Assembly (NCBI GenBank): GCA_000002445.1
Contig: CP000069.1
Coordinates: 1,344,001-1,408,000 of the forward strand
DNA: 64,000 bases
Direction: 5' to 3'
From: Trypanosoma brucei
Taxonomy: Eukaryota
Positions 33,034 through 44,335 of the stretch are shown piece by piece (the stretch's first letter is position 1; each line of letters starts with the position of its first letter). A program made the position numbers and the translations under genes. The notes under the pieces were generated by a model that saw only the letters and a list, made by a program, of their open reading frames with translations, did not search any database and was not told where the DNA came from.

Positions 33034-33675
33034 ATGTCGGAAAGGGACAAGCAGCGAAGGTCGCTGGAGCGGGAGCGCATGGCGACTGTCATTTTTTCGT
33101 ATATTTCCCATTTGATGAGGACACATGAAGAAGAAACGACAGTTGCTGATGAGTTCATTCCATCAACGAAGTTTTTTCGTACAGAAACTCTACCAAACAT
33201 ATCACTTATTCACTACGTCCGACGCGTTGTGGAACATATGAACTGCTCTCCAGAGGCGTACATATTTGCACTCGCGTACATTCGAAGGTTATTCGTTGCA
33301 GGTTTCCCGTTACACACTCATTCCATTTATCGCCTTCTTCTCACCGCCGTTGTCGTTGCGACGCGAGTTCGGGATGATTTTTTATTCTCCAAAAAATATT
33401 ATTCAAAAGTGGGAGGCGTAACCGCTTGCGACCTCAACATGATGGAAATTCATTTTCTCGCTGATCTTCTTGAGTATCGAGTGGAGGTATCACCTGATGA
33501 GTATCGGGTTCTTTGCAATGAAATCACGGCGCTGCTGTCATCTGAAGTCTCAAAGTTTGACGGCAATTCATCAAACCCAAATAATGACACCGCTGCTGAG
33601 GGAGTTGCATCAATTCAAGAGCCGGTGGGAAACTCAAAGCCCCGTTGGATGTCGGAGTGTTGTTTATATTGGTAA
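33034..33675 (+). CDS. PHO80-like cyclin (cyclin N-terminal domain). Tentatively the T. brucei CYC7 orthologue, from memory only.
   Basis: PEAYIFALAYIRRLFVAGFPLHTHSIYRLLLTAVVVATRVRDDFLFSKKYYSKVGGVTACDLNMMEIHFLADLLEYRVEVSPDEY matches the PHO80/PCL cyclin box. The track ORF starts at TTG inside the (GT)n tract; the first ATG is 33034. Confidence 0.7.
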   Translation: MSERDKQRRSLERERMATVIFSYISHLMRTHEEETTVADEFIPSTKFFRTETLPNISLIHYVRRVVEHMNCSPEAYIFALAYIRRLFVAGFPLHTHSIYRLLLTAVVVATRVRDDFLFSKKYYSKVGGVTACDLNMMEIHFLADLLEYRVEVSPDEYRVLCNEITALLSSEVSKFDGNSSNPNNDTAAEGVASIQEPVGNSKPRWMSECCLYW

Positions 33676-34649
33676 CAATGTAATCATTTCAGCATATGAA
33701 CCCATACATGATGGTAGTGTAAATAAATATGTAGGCAAATTTATGCAAATGTTTGTGTGCCTTTATGTATGGGTGTAATTCTCATTGTGTGTCTCCAGTC
33801 CCTTTCAATTTGTTTTTTATTTTTAGTTTATTTTTGTTCTGTGATTTTATTCCTTCCTTTTCCCTTCCCGTATTGTTCGCGCTATTAGTGTTGCACGTCT
33901 TCAAGTATTGGTAAATAAATAAATAAATATATATATATTTCTTTGTTATCATTATCATTGTTGTTATTATCATTTACTCACTGAGTTTATGTTTACTTTA
34001 TTGTAGTGTTACCATTCATTAATTGTTCTCTCTAACATTTATTTACTTTCACTATTTTCATTATTTTAATTTTATCTTCCCAGGAGGTGGAGATCGGGGG
34101 TTGAATAGGAGGAGGAAAGTTCTGCAATAAACCTGAACTTTCTTTGTTGTTTCTCTTTTTTATTTAAGAAAAAAAAACTTTCCCCTCCCGTTCACAAACA
34201 CTGTAGGGAGCGATGAAACCACTTTTGGCATTTAACAGAAATAGATTTATATATATATATATTTATATTTTTTAAAAATTTTGACCACCCTCCCTTACAC
34301 TTATTTATCATCATCGGGGTTTTAATATATATTTTTTATTATCACAATGTAATTGTACCGTGAGGGGACTTACTATTATTTTTGAAATGCAGCTACTAAG
34401 ATCGGATGCTGTGTAGAATATATATATTTTTTGGTTTTTTTTTTGAGAGTTACTCAGCCACCGCGTAGCATTGGTTTCCTTTTGTCTCTTTTTATTGTAC
34501 CTCATATATATATATATATATATGTATTCGTGTATGTCCAAAATTAACAAACGAAATAAATGCATAAACAAATATGTGATGCATATATTTATTTCTTGTT
34601 TCTCTAAAAAAAGTAGGAAGTGTATTGGAGAGGAGTTAGGGTTATAGAG

Positions 34650-36308
34650 ATGTCCAAAGGTTACACGGTATATTCCCTCATGCATCAACCGCAAGAGACG
34701 GTTATTAATGAATCGTTAATCAGGGAATGCATTTACCTTCCAACTGCTCGTGTTACAGATGAGGAGCGTATGCGTTTTGTATGTGCCCGTGAGGAAGTTC
34801 AGCGAAAAAAGCGGGCAAAGGCCGCGATGGAGACCATGGAGTTGCGTAATGTAACAACACTGTTGGCATCATACCGGCGTATCGGAAGAATTGAAAACCT
34901 TGTTGGACTGGGCAACTTGACGAAGTTGGCACTAGACAATAATCTTATCACGACAATCAACAACTTAGGGCATCTGAAGAAGTTACAGTGGTTAGATCTA
35001 AGCTTTAATCAAATTACAGAGATAAGTGGTTTAGAGGAACTTACAGAACTCGACACACTTTCTCTCTTTGCAAACAAAATTTCAGTCCTACAAGGCATGG
35101 ACACGTTGACTAAACTAACATCGCTGAGCATCGGGAATAATAATATTGAGGCACTTGAAGACGCGGCCCGTTACTTACATCGAATCACAAGCCTTCGTGT
35201 TCTTACCTTAAAGGGAAACCGCGTGGAGAGGCAACCGCTTTACCGAACCCGTCTTTTGGCTTTTGTTCCTTCATTGCAGTTTTTGGATGGTCTCATTGTG
35301 CGACGAAGTGAAGTTGTGAAGGCTCGTGAAGAGCAACGTGAGCATTTGATGCCCATAGACGAGGAGGATCAACGTATAGCAAGTGAACTAAAGGCCCAAC
35401 AGGATGCTGAGGATATACGAAAAGATTATCAGAGATTTAACTGCCCTGACGAAACGAAGTTCTACGACGAATTGTTCCACCTGGAGGTGGATGGACGCAG
35501 CCTGTCTGAGATATTGCGGTTAGATGTTTTCGCCATGTTGTCGAAGGATTTAATTGAAAAATTCCAGGTGGAGTTCACTGAAAAGGCAAAGGATCTCGCG
35601 GAAACCATGAAGGCTATCCGTGCAAAGCGTGATGCCGATGAGCGAGTCTTCCAATCCACGGCCGACCGATACAAACATAACAATGCAGAGGCTTCCAAAA
35701 AAATTATAAAAGAATTCGAGAAGGAACTTAAGGTGCACATCCCGCGCACCTCTGGGAAGCACGACTCCAATGGAAAGGAGTTGCCTCAGGAAGTAATTGT
35801 GAGATTTGAGAAGCGTTTGCAGGAAGTACGGCACCAACTCATGGAGAAGGAAGCTGATCAATACGACGCTCTGGAATCTTTGAATGCTGGTACCATTGCG
35901 AAGTGGAAGGGGGACGCTGTCGATGTTATACTCCAAACCGCGTTTGAGAATTTTCTCAAGATGGAAGTTGATTTTCATGCTGGGCTCCGGAAGCTGTTCG
36001 ATACCGTGTTTGAAATGCGGCAGAAGCAGGAACATCAGTCCGATACTTACCATCAGCTGAAGCAGGAAGAGAGCTTGTTAACTGTTGTTGACAACAAAGA
36101 GGAATATTTGAAATTTCTTGGTGACTGGTTTGAGGCACGGAGGAAGCGCTTAGAAGAACTGGAACAGTTTTATGTTAAGAACGAGGAAAACCTGCTTAAC
36201 GAGCGGTCAGCCCGTATATTGAAAGATGAGCAGTGCCGACACAGAAACCGTATGAATGAAATACACGAGTTCGTGGAACAGATGTCCCTGTGGGTCCACA
36301 GTTGTTAG
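34650..36308 (+). CDS. Leucine-rich-repeat (SDS22-like) plus coiled-coil protein. It may be an axonemal LRR protein such as DRC3/LRRC48, but that is unverified.
   Basis: There are at least 6 consecutive 22-aa LRRs (LGNLTKLALDNNLITTINNLGHLKKLQWLDLSFNQITEISGLEELTELDTLSLFANKISVLQG...), followed by a 300-aa K/E-rich helical region. The track ORF starts at GTG 34620; the first ATG is 34650. Confidence 0.6.
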   Translation: MSKGYTVYSLMHQPQETVINESLIRECIYLPTARVTDEERMRFVCAREEVQRKKRAKAAMETMELRNVTTLLASYRRIGRIENLVGLGNLTKLALDNNLITTINNLGHLKKLQWLDLSFNQITEISGLEELTELDTLSLFANKISVLQGMDTLTKLTSLSIGNNNIEALEDAARYLHRITSLRVLTLKGNRVERQPLYRTRLLAFVPSLQFLDGLIVRRSEVVKAREEQREHLMPIDEEDQRIASELKAQQDAEDIRKDYQRFNCPDETKFYDELFHLEVDGRSLSEILRLDVFAMLSKDLIEKFQVEFTEKAKDLAETMKAIRAKRDADERVFQSTADRYKHNNAEASKKIIKEFEKELKVHIPRTSGKHDSNGKELPQEVIVRFEKRLQEVRHQLMEKEADQYDALESLNAGTIAKWKGDAVDVILQTAFENFLKMEVDFHAGLRKLFDTVFEMRQKQEHQSDTYHQLKQEESLLTVVDNKEEYLKFLGDWFEARRKRLEELEQFYVKNEENLLNERSARILKDEQCRHRNRMNEIHEFVEQMSLWVHSC

Positions 36309-36385
36309 ATGTGTCATGTAAAAACAGTGCATGAAGACGAGGAACATGCGTGCGTGTGTACAATTATTTGCCAGAAACTTGGGAC

Positions 36386-36388
<3 letters not shown>

Positions 36389-36419
<31 letters not shown>
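36389..36419. repeat. (AT)15 microsatellite.
   Basis: acatatatatatatatatatatatatatatac. Confidence 0.9.
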
Positions 36420-36420
<1 letters not shown>

Positions 36421-36713
36421 GGCTCCTCAATGGCCTTTTCACCCTTCAACCACCTGTCAGCTTTTTGCGGGGAAGAAGGGTGATTTTTTACATATGTTAT
36501 TTTATCACTTTCTTCCCCCCCCCTTCGTTCCTGCGGAAACCTATTCGGTGGTTCTCTTCTGTCCATGTGACTAATCACTGAGTTGTCCTTAGCTGCAGCC
36601 AAGTAGTTTCAGCACTTTATTTATGTATTTTCTTTTTTTTCTTTTACTTTCTCTTCCGCTAATTATCTTTGGTTGCGTGTCTGTGACGGCTCAGTCGTAG
36701 GAAGCTAGAAGCC

Positions 36714-37328
36714 ATGGGGGCGTTCATGTACATGAATGAGCTATGGAAGAAGAAGTCTTCCGATGTGATGCGCTTCATCCAGCGTGTTCGTGCGTGGGAA
36801 TTCCGTCACCAGCACACCATCGTACGTCTGCGTCGCCCCACACGTCCTGAAAAGGCCCGTATGGTTGGCTACAAAACCAAACAGGGTTATGTTGTGTTCC
36901 GCGTGCGTGTGCGACGTGGTGGACGCAAGCGCCCCGTACACAAGGGTATCACATACGGTAAACCCAACACTGCTGGTGTGCTCGGCAGGAAATTGAACAA
37001 GAACAACCGCGTTGTGGCCGAACAGCGTCTTGGAAAGAAGTACGGAAACCTGCGCGTGCTCAACTCCTATTGGGTAAATGCGGACTCGACATTCCTGTGG
37101 TATGAAGTGGTGGCGGTGGACCCGATGCACCGCACCATTCGCCGTGACCCGCGCATCAATTGGATCGTCAACGCTGTTCACAAGCACCGTGAGCAACGTG
37201 GTCTTACATCTGCGGGTCGCAAGCACCGTGGGCTACGGCAGAAGGGCCACAAGGCCTCCAAACTCCGCCCATCTCGCCGTGCAGCGTGGCGCCGCAACAA
37301 CCGTATGGTGTTCCTCCGCAAGCGTTAG
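36714..37328 (+). CDS. RPL15: 60S ribosomal protein L15 (eL15).
   Basis: [33 protein letters not shown]...[27 protein letters not shown] is the canonical eL15 sequence; length is 204 aa. Confidence 0.93.
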   Translation: MGAFMYMNELWKKKSSDVMRFIQRVRAWEFRHQHTIVRLRRPTRPEKARMVGYKTKQGYVVFRVRVRRGGRKRPVHKGITYGKPNTAGVLGRKLNKNNRVVAEQRLGKKYGNLRVLNSYWVNADSTFLWYEVVAVDPMHRTIRRDPRINWIVNAVHKHREQRGLTSAGRKHRGLRQKGHKASKLRPSRRAAWRRNNRMVFLRKR

Positions 37329-37836
37329 TCGTACATGCATTCGCAAAGCAAGTTGTTGGGGATATTCCGTGTCACAATTCCTTGGTTGTTTTCCTTTTTA
37401 CGACACCGTCCCTTTTTATTTTTACTTTTTTATTTGGTGAGTGGGATGAGAGGTGGGTATGGACATGGGAGAGATGGTGGCGAAACCGACCCTCTTTCTT
37501 CGGTACTCGATTCCTGTTGTATCCCTTGCCCCTTCTCACTTCTGTTTCAAACTCTTCACTTTATATTTGGCTTTGGGCAACGTGTTTTGCTTCCTCTAGT
37601 GGGCCGTTTCTCCCTGGAGTTGCGGATTCTGTGATTTGGATACTTTCAAACATATATGCTTCCTCCATTTTTTTTTTTTTGCTCCTTCTTCAATTCTTTT
37701 CCTTGATTGCTTCTCTGCCGGTACATATATGTATATGTATATACCTGCCTTGAGTGTGGATTATATAACGTTTCGTAGTACTGCATCGTAGTTTCGGTTC
37801 ACTCTTGTAAGACAGCATTGTGGAAGTGTTGAACTG

Positions 37837-38511
37837 ATGGCGGTTGAATCCGATGTGTTGCCTCCGCTAACGCGCCTCCCTCCTGATGAGGCCCTCAGTT
37901 TTATCTGGAAGATAACCCGATCAATTTTAATACTTGTTTTTGTCATTTTCGCAGTGATCCCTGCATTATGTGGCACCGTGTACCCTCCTTTTTCAGCTTT
38001 GTGGGATGTCATAGCTGCGATATCTCCATACACGTGGGGTTCCGTGGGAATAGGTATCGGTATTTCCCTTTCCATCGGTGGTGCGGCATGGGGAATATTG
38101 ACAACTGCTTCGTCTCTTAGCGGAGCGGCAATCCGTGCACCTCAGATACGGAGCAAGAATCTTATATCCATAATTTTTTGTGAAGCTGTTGCCATCTATG
38201 GTGTTATCTTATCCATTATTATGATGGGTAAGATGGAAGCAGATGGAAAAGCAGTGGACAGCAGTGGGATCTTCACTTATCGTGCAGCTGCAGCTGGTTT
38301 TACGCTTTTTGCAGCTGGTTTGGCAGTTGGTCTTGGGAATATGTGCTGCGGAATTGCTGTTGGTGTTGTCGGGAGCAGTTGCGCCATTGCTGACGCTCAT
38401 AGCAGCTCACTATTCGTGAAGATACTTGTAATTGAAATTTTTGCTTCAGCACTTGGTATATTCTCCGTTATTGTTGGTATTCTCATGGCCCAAAAGGCGG
38501 TGATGGTATAA
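37837..38511 (+). CDS. V-type H+-ATPase proteolipid subunit c double-prime (VMA16-like).
   Basis: Five predicted TM helices, the glycine-rich proteolipid helices (GSVGIGIGISLSIGGAAWGI, GLAVGLGNMCCGIAVGVVGSS), the conserved Glu in FCEAVAIYGVILSII, and a length of 224 aa typical of c double-prime. Confidence 0.8.
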   Translation: MAVESDVLPPLTRLPPDEALSFIWKITRSILILVFVIFAVIPALCGTVYPPFSALWDVIAAISPYTWGSVGIGIGISLSIGGAAWGILTTASSLSGAAIRAPQIRSKNLISIIFCEAVAIYGVILSIIMMGKMEADGKAVDSSGIFTYRAAAAGFTLFAAGLAVGLGNMCCGIAVGVVGSSCAIADAHSSSLFVKILVIEIFASALGIFSVIVGILMAQKAVMV

Positions 38512-39093
38512 AGCGTGGAGGGGGAAAAAAAAAGAAAAAGGGAGGGAGCGAAGAAGAGGGAAAGAAAAGGGTTTGATGGGAGGGATAAAAAATTAGAGAA
38601 AAGTTCAAAAAGGACAAAATAAAGAGGAAGAGGAACCCCCTCACGGTATTGGAAAATGCCGTCCATACGGGTTTTCCCACCCCCGGTTTTGGATGCCTTT
38701 CACAAATAACGTCAGAATACTTGAGTTCTTTTTTATTATATTTTACAACCCCTGCTGTTTATCTTCCTTTCCTAACCCCGTCAATCACCTTTCTTTTTTT
38801 TTCTTCTTCTGTTTTTTAAATCCACAATACACTCTGAATCTTACATTTTCTCCTCTTCTCTTTTCCAGGTTCTTTTGCCTTCTGAGCCCTCCGTAGGGCT
38901 CCGCTGCAACAGGTACTCGACTACAACATTAAGCCTGCCGCGTTACTACGTTCTACGTAGTATCGGTTGTAATCTCTTCTTTTCTTTTTTTCCCCCTCTC
39001 TGTTTAGTTGAAGTTCTTACCTTTTTTTTAAAAATTATTTTTTCTCCCTTCTCCATTTTAATGCTTCCCAAAGGAAGGTTGGTGAGAGAGCTT

Positions 39094-39114
39094 TGTGTGT
39101 GTGTGTGTGTGTGT
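39094..39114. repeat. (TG)10 microsatellite in the 5' flank or UTR of the next gene.
   Basis: ctttgtgtgtgtgtgtgtgtgtgtcttatg. Confidence 0.9.
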
Positions 39115-39131
39115 CTTATGCTGGTGTAGGA

Positions 39132-39587
39132 ATGGCTGCCTCACAGCTTATCGCGACCCGCTTTACAGATTTGCTCGCTGAAGGGAATATTGAAAGTGCC
39201 CTCAAGTACATAGCTAATGATGTGGTTTACAACACATGGTTGGGTGTTGTGTACGGAAAGGATAATGTGGAAGTATTTCTGCGCGATAACGTCCGATTTG
39301 TTCACCACGGGAGGAATTACAATCGATGGAAACAAGTTCAACACAGTTTGGATGCCTCACTCAAACAGTTCACTGTGAATGATGTTAGCGGCTACGACGA
39401 GAGCGCGCTTGACGTTCGCTCGTATTATGATTCAGAGGGATATGACTCGCAGGGATATGCCACATTTGAGCGTGACGGGACAATTGCATCACATGCTAAA
39501 TTCGCTGTGTTTCATGTAAAGGTGAAGGAGACAGTTGTTTTACGTAACAACAAGGTGGTATTGGTTAATGTGTCGAAGCGAGCATGA
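39132..39587 (+). CDS. Hypothetical small protein of 151 aa, possibly with an NTF2/SnoaL-like fold.
   Basis: The ORF has an upstream pyrimidine tract and an AG. The track start lies inside the (TG)n tract; the first ATG is 39132 (MAASQLIATRF). The fold assignment is a weak impression from the alternating beta-strand pattern, not a motif match. Confidence 0.4.
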   Translation: MAASQLIATRFTDLLAEGNIESALKYIANDVVYNTWLGVVYGKDNVEVFLRDNVRFVHHGRNYNRWKQVQHSLDASLKQFTVNDVSGYDESALDVRSYYDSEGYDSQGYATFERDGTIASHAKFAVFHVKVKETVVLRNNKVVLVNVSKRA

Positions 39588-39938
39588 AGGTTGTGCGCCC
39601 GTTCGTATCTTTTTTCTTTAGCCGTCTCCTTCTACCTTCCTGAGCCGTTTTAAGCGGCATAATTCGCATGTTCTTGTGTGACATATTCGTAAGTGTAAAT
39701 CTAGTGACTTGGTTTTATTTTACTTCGCTGCTTCTTTCCACTATAACAAAGCTTTATTAATTTCTCTCTTCTTATTTCCTCTTCCTATCCGTTTTGTAAA
39801 CGCCCTTTACACACATGTAAACGCGCTTCCATTTTTAATTTTTTTTAATTTTTTGAAAAAAATATAAACATACCTGTGTTTATATTGCTGTTTATATTTT
39901 ATATTTTGATACAGTTAAAGATACAAACGACATTGGCA

Positions 39939-41303
39939 ATGCGAGCAAACCCAATTGAGCGAAGAAAAGAAAGGGAGACTGCGCTCTCCGTGCGACAGAG
40001 GGAGTTGGAAGAGTTGCGTCAACGGAAAGCACAGCTGGGGGAGGAATTAGGCATGGAACTCAGTGCGTTAGAAGGTGACAATCTTGCAGCGGCCTTTCCT
40101 GTTATTCAATATTGTGGTTCGAGGCCAAAAAAGGATGCAAAAAAGATTCCAGTGGAGAGCCTGGGAAGTGTGATGAACCAATTCGAGATTGCCATCAAGG
40201 CAATTTCACAGAATAACCGAGATATTGAACAACAGATTACTGACCTCAATCGCACCATTGGCGTGGAAGCTCAACGCTTTACCAAGTTAAAGCGGCATTC
40301 AAAGGAACTTGCAGATGCCACAGGTGTCAGCCTGGACCCCAATGCTGTGCAACACCTCGCTGGTAAATCCCGAGATGGAGAGGACTGCAGTGGTGGTTTA
40401 AAGGAACTTGAGGAAACAACTGTGGTGTTGGAGGAACGTAAGGCTCTCGTTGAGAAAGAAATCAGGGCTGCACGCCAGCTTGTAAAAAAGAAGGAGGAGG
40501 CTGTTCTTGCAATGAGCAGTGCGCTGGAGTCACGCCAAGAAGAAATTGATCAGTTGAACAGATTGTACAACGATATCCGCGTTGTAGATCGTGATATCAA
40601 ATGTGAAAAGGAGACACTTCGAGAGATAATCAGTGAGCATGACATTGTGGATACCAAACTTAATGAAGCCATTGAAAGAAATGTATCACGAACTCGTTTA
40701 CTTATTGAGCAAGGTATTAATGAGATCAAGACAGAAATTGCTGATTCTGTGAGTGTATCGAGGCGTGGACAAGAACGGGTAATGAAGGCTCAAGAGTTCC
40801 GCATTGACCAGCTTGAGAAGCGACTTGATTGTATTAATAAGGCTCTGAAAAACAACCACCTCACGCGAGATGTGGAGGCCATTGTTTCTCACAAGTGGGC
40901 TGCGGCAGGTGATGCTCTTGTTGCTGCAACACCTGATGAAAGTATGTATGATATTGAGGCAATTATACCACCACAGGAAAGGTGCCATCCTGCTATATAT
41001 AACCTTCTTCTAACTGAGAAGGAAAGGCTGGCGCGACGCATCAGTTTACTGGGTATCATTGCGAAAGAAAAGAAAGAAGTAATTGACGCTCTTGCGTGTA
41101 AAGCCGAAGCATTGGCACGTGAGTGCCAACAAGCCATTCAGGAGCTTGACCACGTGGCCTCTGCTGCTGCATATGAGGAGGAAATGCAGCGTGTTGAGGC
41201 TATGGAATACATTCAGAAACAGCGCCTTCACTACAGTGATCTATTCAAGGAAATGTGGAAGCTTAAGACAAAGAATCAGGGTCCACTGTGGAGGGCGTAT
41301 TAG
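39939..41303 (+). CDS. Hypothetical coiled-coil protein of ~454 aa.
   Basis: Continuous heptad-like E/K/Q/L-rich sequence (RELEELRQRKAQLGEELGMELSALEG...) with no recognisable enzymatic motif. The track ORF starts at GTG 39876; the first ATG is 39939. Confidence 0.5.
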   Translation: MRANPIERRKERETALSVRQRELEELRQRKAQLGEELGMELSALEGDNLAAAFPVIQYCGSRPKKDAKKIPVESLGSVMNQFEIAIKAISQNNRDIEQQITDLNRTIGVEAQRFTKLKRHSKELADATGVSLDPNAVQHLAGKSRDGEDCSGGLKELEETTVVLEERKALVEKEIRAARQLVKKKEEAVLAMSSALESRQEEIDQLNRLYNDIRVVDRDIKCEKETLREIISEHDIVDTKLNEAIERNVSRTRLLIEQGINEIKTEIADSVSVSRRGQERVMKAQEFRIDQLEKRLDCINKALKNNHLTRDVEAIVSHKWAAAGDALVAATPDESMYDIEAIIPPQERCHPAIYNLLLTEKERLARRISLLGIIAKEKKEVIDALACKAEALARECQQAIQELDHVASAAAYEEEMQRVEAMEYIQKQRLHYSDLFKEMWKLKTKNQGPLWRAY

Positions 41304-42634
41304 CAATGAGGAAGAAAAAAACAACAACAAAAGACAACAGTGGCGAAGAAAAGAAGAAAAAAAGAGGGGAAGTAAACAACTTCTGATAGCAGCAATTTGA
41401 GCACGTTTTGTAAAAAATGAAAAAAAAAGTGGAGGCTTTGTGGTCCCTTCTTTCTCCTCCTCCTCCTCCTCCCAATTTCATTCCACCGTATTGTTGAAGG
41501 GGACAAACGCTTCCGTTCGTGTGTCTTACTACCGTTCTCTTTTAATATCTTCTTCTATGATTTCTACGCATGCGTGCATTTGTTGGTGTGCTTGCGAGTA
41601 TGAAGATGAAAAAAAAATAAAAGAGGGGAATCTCGTTCCGTCGTTTCTTGCCTGTAATTTGTAATCATCGCTCTTCGGGGCCACCGCTCGCCGATGAAAA
41701 GAGGAGGGTAGGAGGTAAATTCCGTAAAAAAAAAACAGAGCAGCAGCAGTGAACTAACAAAAGTCAAAGAAGAATTTAAAAAAGAAAACACACAAGCGCG
41801 CACACACACAGAGAGAGAGAGAGAAACTGAAAAAAATTGAATTGAATTGAATTGAAGGATACGATGTTTAGAAGTGGAGAAGGATTGCGATGCGGTGTAA
41901 AAAAAAAAAATGGATGTTTCTTGTTTTTATCTTCTCTCTGTCCTTTTTTTTTGTTTTTGTAATCCCCTTCCCCACATTCTCTTTGACACCATCCCACTCT
42001 TAGCGGGAGTTGCAAAACTATAGCAAATTAATGCTAATCCAACCCACTTTGGCTTATGTCTTTCGTTTTTGTGACCGGTGCTCTATTTTTCCTTTTGTTT
42101 GTAAATCTCTTTTTCAACTTTTGCCCAATTGCCGTCATTTTTTTTTCCCTGTTGTGTACGCAACCGTGTGACACAGATTCGTGGTGTTTGGATTTTTCCA
42201 AAGATATCACGCAAGGAGAGGGAAGGACGAAGTGAGTCACGCACAAACGTAAAAAGGGTGGAGTAAAAAAAAAAAAGAAGACAAGAGGAATAATAGGAGA
42301 AACACACTTAATTGTGGGGTATAAGTCATTCAGCACCCCACAAGGTAACAGTAATTGACAGTTGACAAAAGAAATAATATTAAAAATAGTAACAATAATA
42401 AAAGGCTGTAGGTAAAGTACAAAGGTAGAGGGTGGCAGAAGGAATATTGGTGAGGGGGGACGCAGTTTTCGTGAGTGGGTGTATTGCCGTTTTTGCAGTG
42501 ATACGCGGTGGGAGGTAACTCATCTTTTTTTTTCTTTGTTTGTTTGGTTATTACCGTAACTTCCTTCTGCTTAGTTGAGAAAGTCGTGAGCGCGTACTGC
42601 CACGCGGGTGAAGGCGGCCCAAAGGTTACTGGGA

Positions 42635-44335
42635 ATGCATTGTAGGACAGCATCTGATGAAGAGGAGCATCTGAGTCTCCACAATGCCGTTGAGGAGGCG
42701 GTGCATTTAACGTGGAACAATAACTATGAGAGGGCAAAGGAGATACTTTCTCGTCACAAGGCGAATCATCCTCGCTTTTCCCTAGAATTTGCGAATGTGT
42801 TTCTTGTTCAAACTCTCATGAACTCCACCAATGAAACTAGGGAGGTTTTGCTTGACCAACTCAAGGAGGCAGACGCGCTGGCCTCCCATGCCAAGCATGG
42901 TGATTCCATGTTTCGAGTTGGCGAGGTCGCTGGAAACAACGAAAATTTGAGGTTTATCAGCAAGTCCCAGCGACAAAAAAGGAAAAAGGAGTTTGAGCGG
43001 CGTCGGAAGGCCGCACAGAAAGCCGGTGAACCTTTCGACGACGCGTGGAAGTTAGAGTGTGACGTTATTTATGCGGAGGCGTTGTTCATGCGGGCTGTTG
43101 GACAGTTAATGATGAACGCCTACTTCCGGGGTGGGATTAACCTTCGAAAAGCGTGGGGTTTATATTATAAGTTGATTCAGCAAGTAGAGGCTGATACAGA
43201 CGATCGGATTCCAGAAGAATTGAAGATGTGCATCAAGTACGGCACCGGTACCTTCTACACGTTTCTTGCCTTTGTTCCGTCTACTGTGATGAAGGTACTC
43301 TCAGTCGTTGGTTTCGTGGTGGATAGGGAGTTGGGCGAGCGGTACCTTATGGAGGTATTCGAGAGTGATGGAATTCGATCGCCGTTTGCGGCACTTGTGC
43401 TATGCACATTTTACTTGTTTTTGCCAACAGGTCTCGGTAAGGTTGAGGAAACACTCGTGAAGGCGAAGCGCATACTTGACAAGATGAACGAGCGGTACGA
43501 TGCAAATACTTATTTTTATGGTTACTCCAACTTCTACCACAGAAAAAGGGGTGAGATTGAGCAAGCATTGGAAACAATTGAGAAAGCTGAAGCGAACGCA
43601 GAGCGTGTTGGGTTGGTTCCTACTTTGGTCCGTTACCTGCGCGCCGACACGCTTTTCATGGATCTGCGTTTTGAAGAAGCAAAGCAGCGTTACACCAGCG
43701 TCATTGAGCATCTCAGTGTAACAAAGCAAAGCTTCGCATACACAGGACAGGTGGTTCTCTCCCTTGCGGCTTGCTGTGTCATGCTCGGTGATGATAATAC
43801 TGCAGTGTCCTGGTTGAAAAAGGTTGGCTCAATGTACAACCCAAAGTCGAAAAATGACGCCAACTCCCCCAAGTTTGCCTCACGTGTGTTGAATAACAAC
43901 CAACTTCTGCCCCTCTGCGGGGTTTACATGCTATACATTAACCGTGACCTCGCCCACATGAACGTTAATCAGGCTGAACGCGTCCTGATGGAACTCCAAC
44001 GCGTTACCACTGGGAAAGATATGAGCAGCCCGGAGGCCATGTACATGCACACCCTTTTCGTGGCAGTTATTCAGAAGGGTTGCGGCCGCACTGACGAGGC
44101 AGAAGAAGGGATGAAGAAGATATTTGCCAACGAGAAGAGTATACCAAGGGATTCTATGGTTTTGCCTTACGCGTATTATGAAATGGGTGAGCTGGAGTTC
44201 CGACGGGGTCGAATTGAAGAAGCAAAGAGACTCTTTACGAAAGGTCAGTCAATTCCCGGTGATGGAAATGAAACATTGATGAATCGATATCGCATAGCAC
44301 TAAAACAACTTAAACAAAAGACTAATGATGGGTAA
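42635..44335 (+). CDS. TPR-like protein, possibly of the TTC39/Iml2 (DUF3808) family.
   Basis: All-helical, with TPR-like spacing of aromatic and small residues throughout (AEALFMRAVGQLMMNAYFRGGINLRKAWGLYYKLIQ; YYEMGELEFRRGRIEEAKRLFTKG). The family assignment comes from recalled overall resemblance, not a computed alignment. The track ORF starts at GTG 42608; the first ATG is 42635. Confidence 0.45.
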   Translation: MHCRTASDEEEHLSLHNAVEEAVHLTWNNNYERAKEILSRHKANHPRFSLEFANVFLVQTLMNSTNETREVLLDQLKEADALASHAKHGDSMFRVGEVAGNNENLRFISKSQRQKRKKEFERRRKAAQKAGEPFDDAWKLECDVIYAEALFMRAVGQLMMNAYFRGGINLRKAWGLYYKLIQQVEADTDDRIPEELKMCIKYGTGTFYTFLAFVPSTVMKVLSVVGFVVDRELGERYLMEVFESDGIRSPFAALVLCTFYLFLPTGLGKVEETLVKAKRILDKMNERYDANTYFYGYSNFYHRKRGEIEQALETIEKAEANAERVGLVPTLVRYLRADTLFMDLRFEEAKQRYTSVIEHLSVTKQSFAYTGQVVLSLAACCVMLGDDNTAVSWLKKVGSMYNPKSKNDANSPKFASRVLNNNQLLPLCGVYMLYINRDLAHMNVNQAERVLMELQRVTTGKDMSSPEAMYMHTLFVAVIQKGCGRTDEAEEGMKKIFANEKSIPRDSMVLPYAYYEMGELEFRRGRIEEAKRLFTKGQSIPGDGNETLMNRYRIALKQLKQKTNDG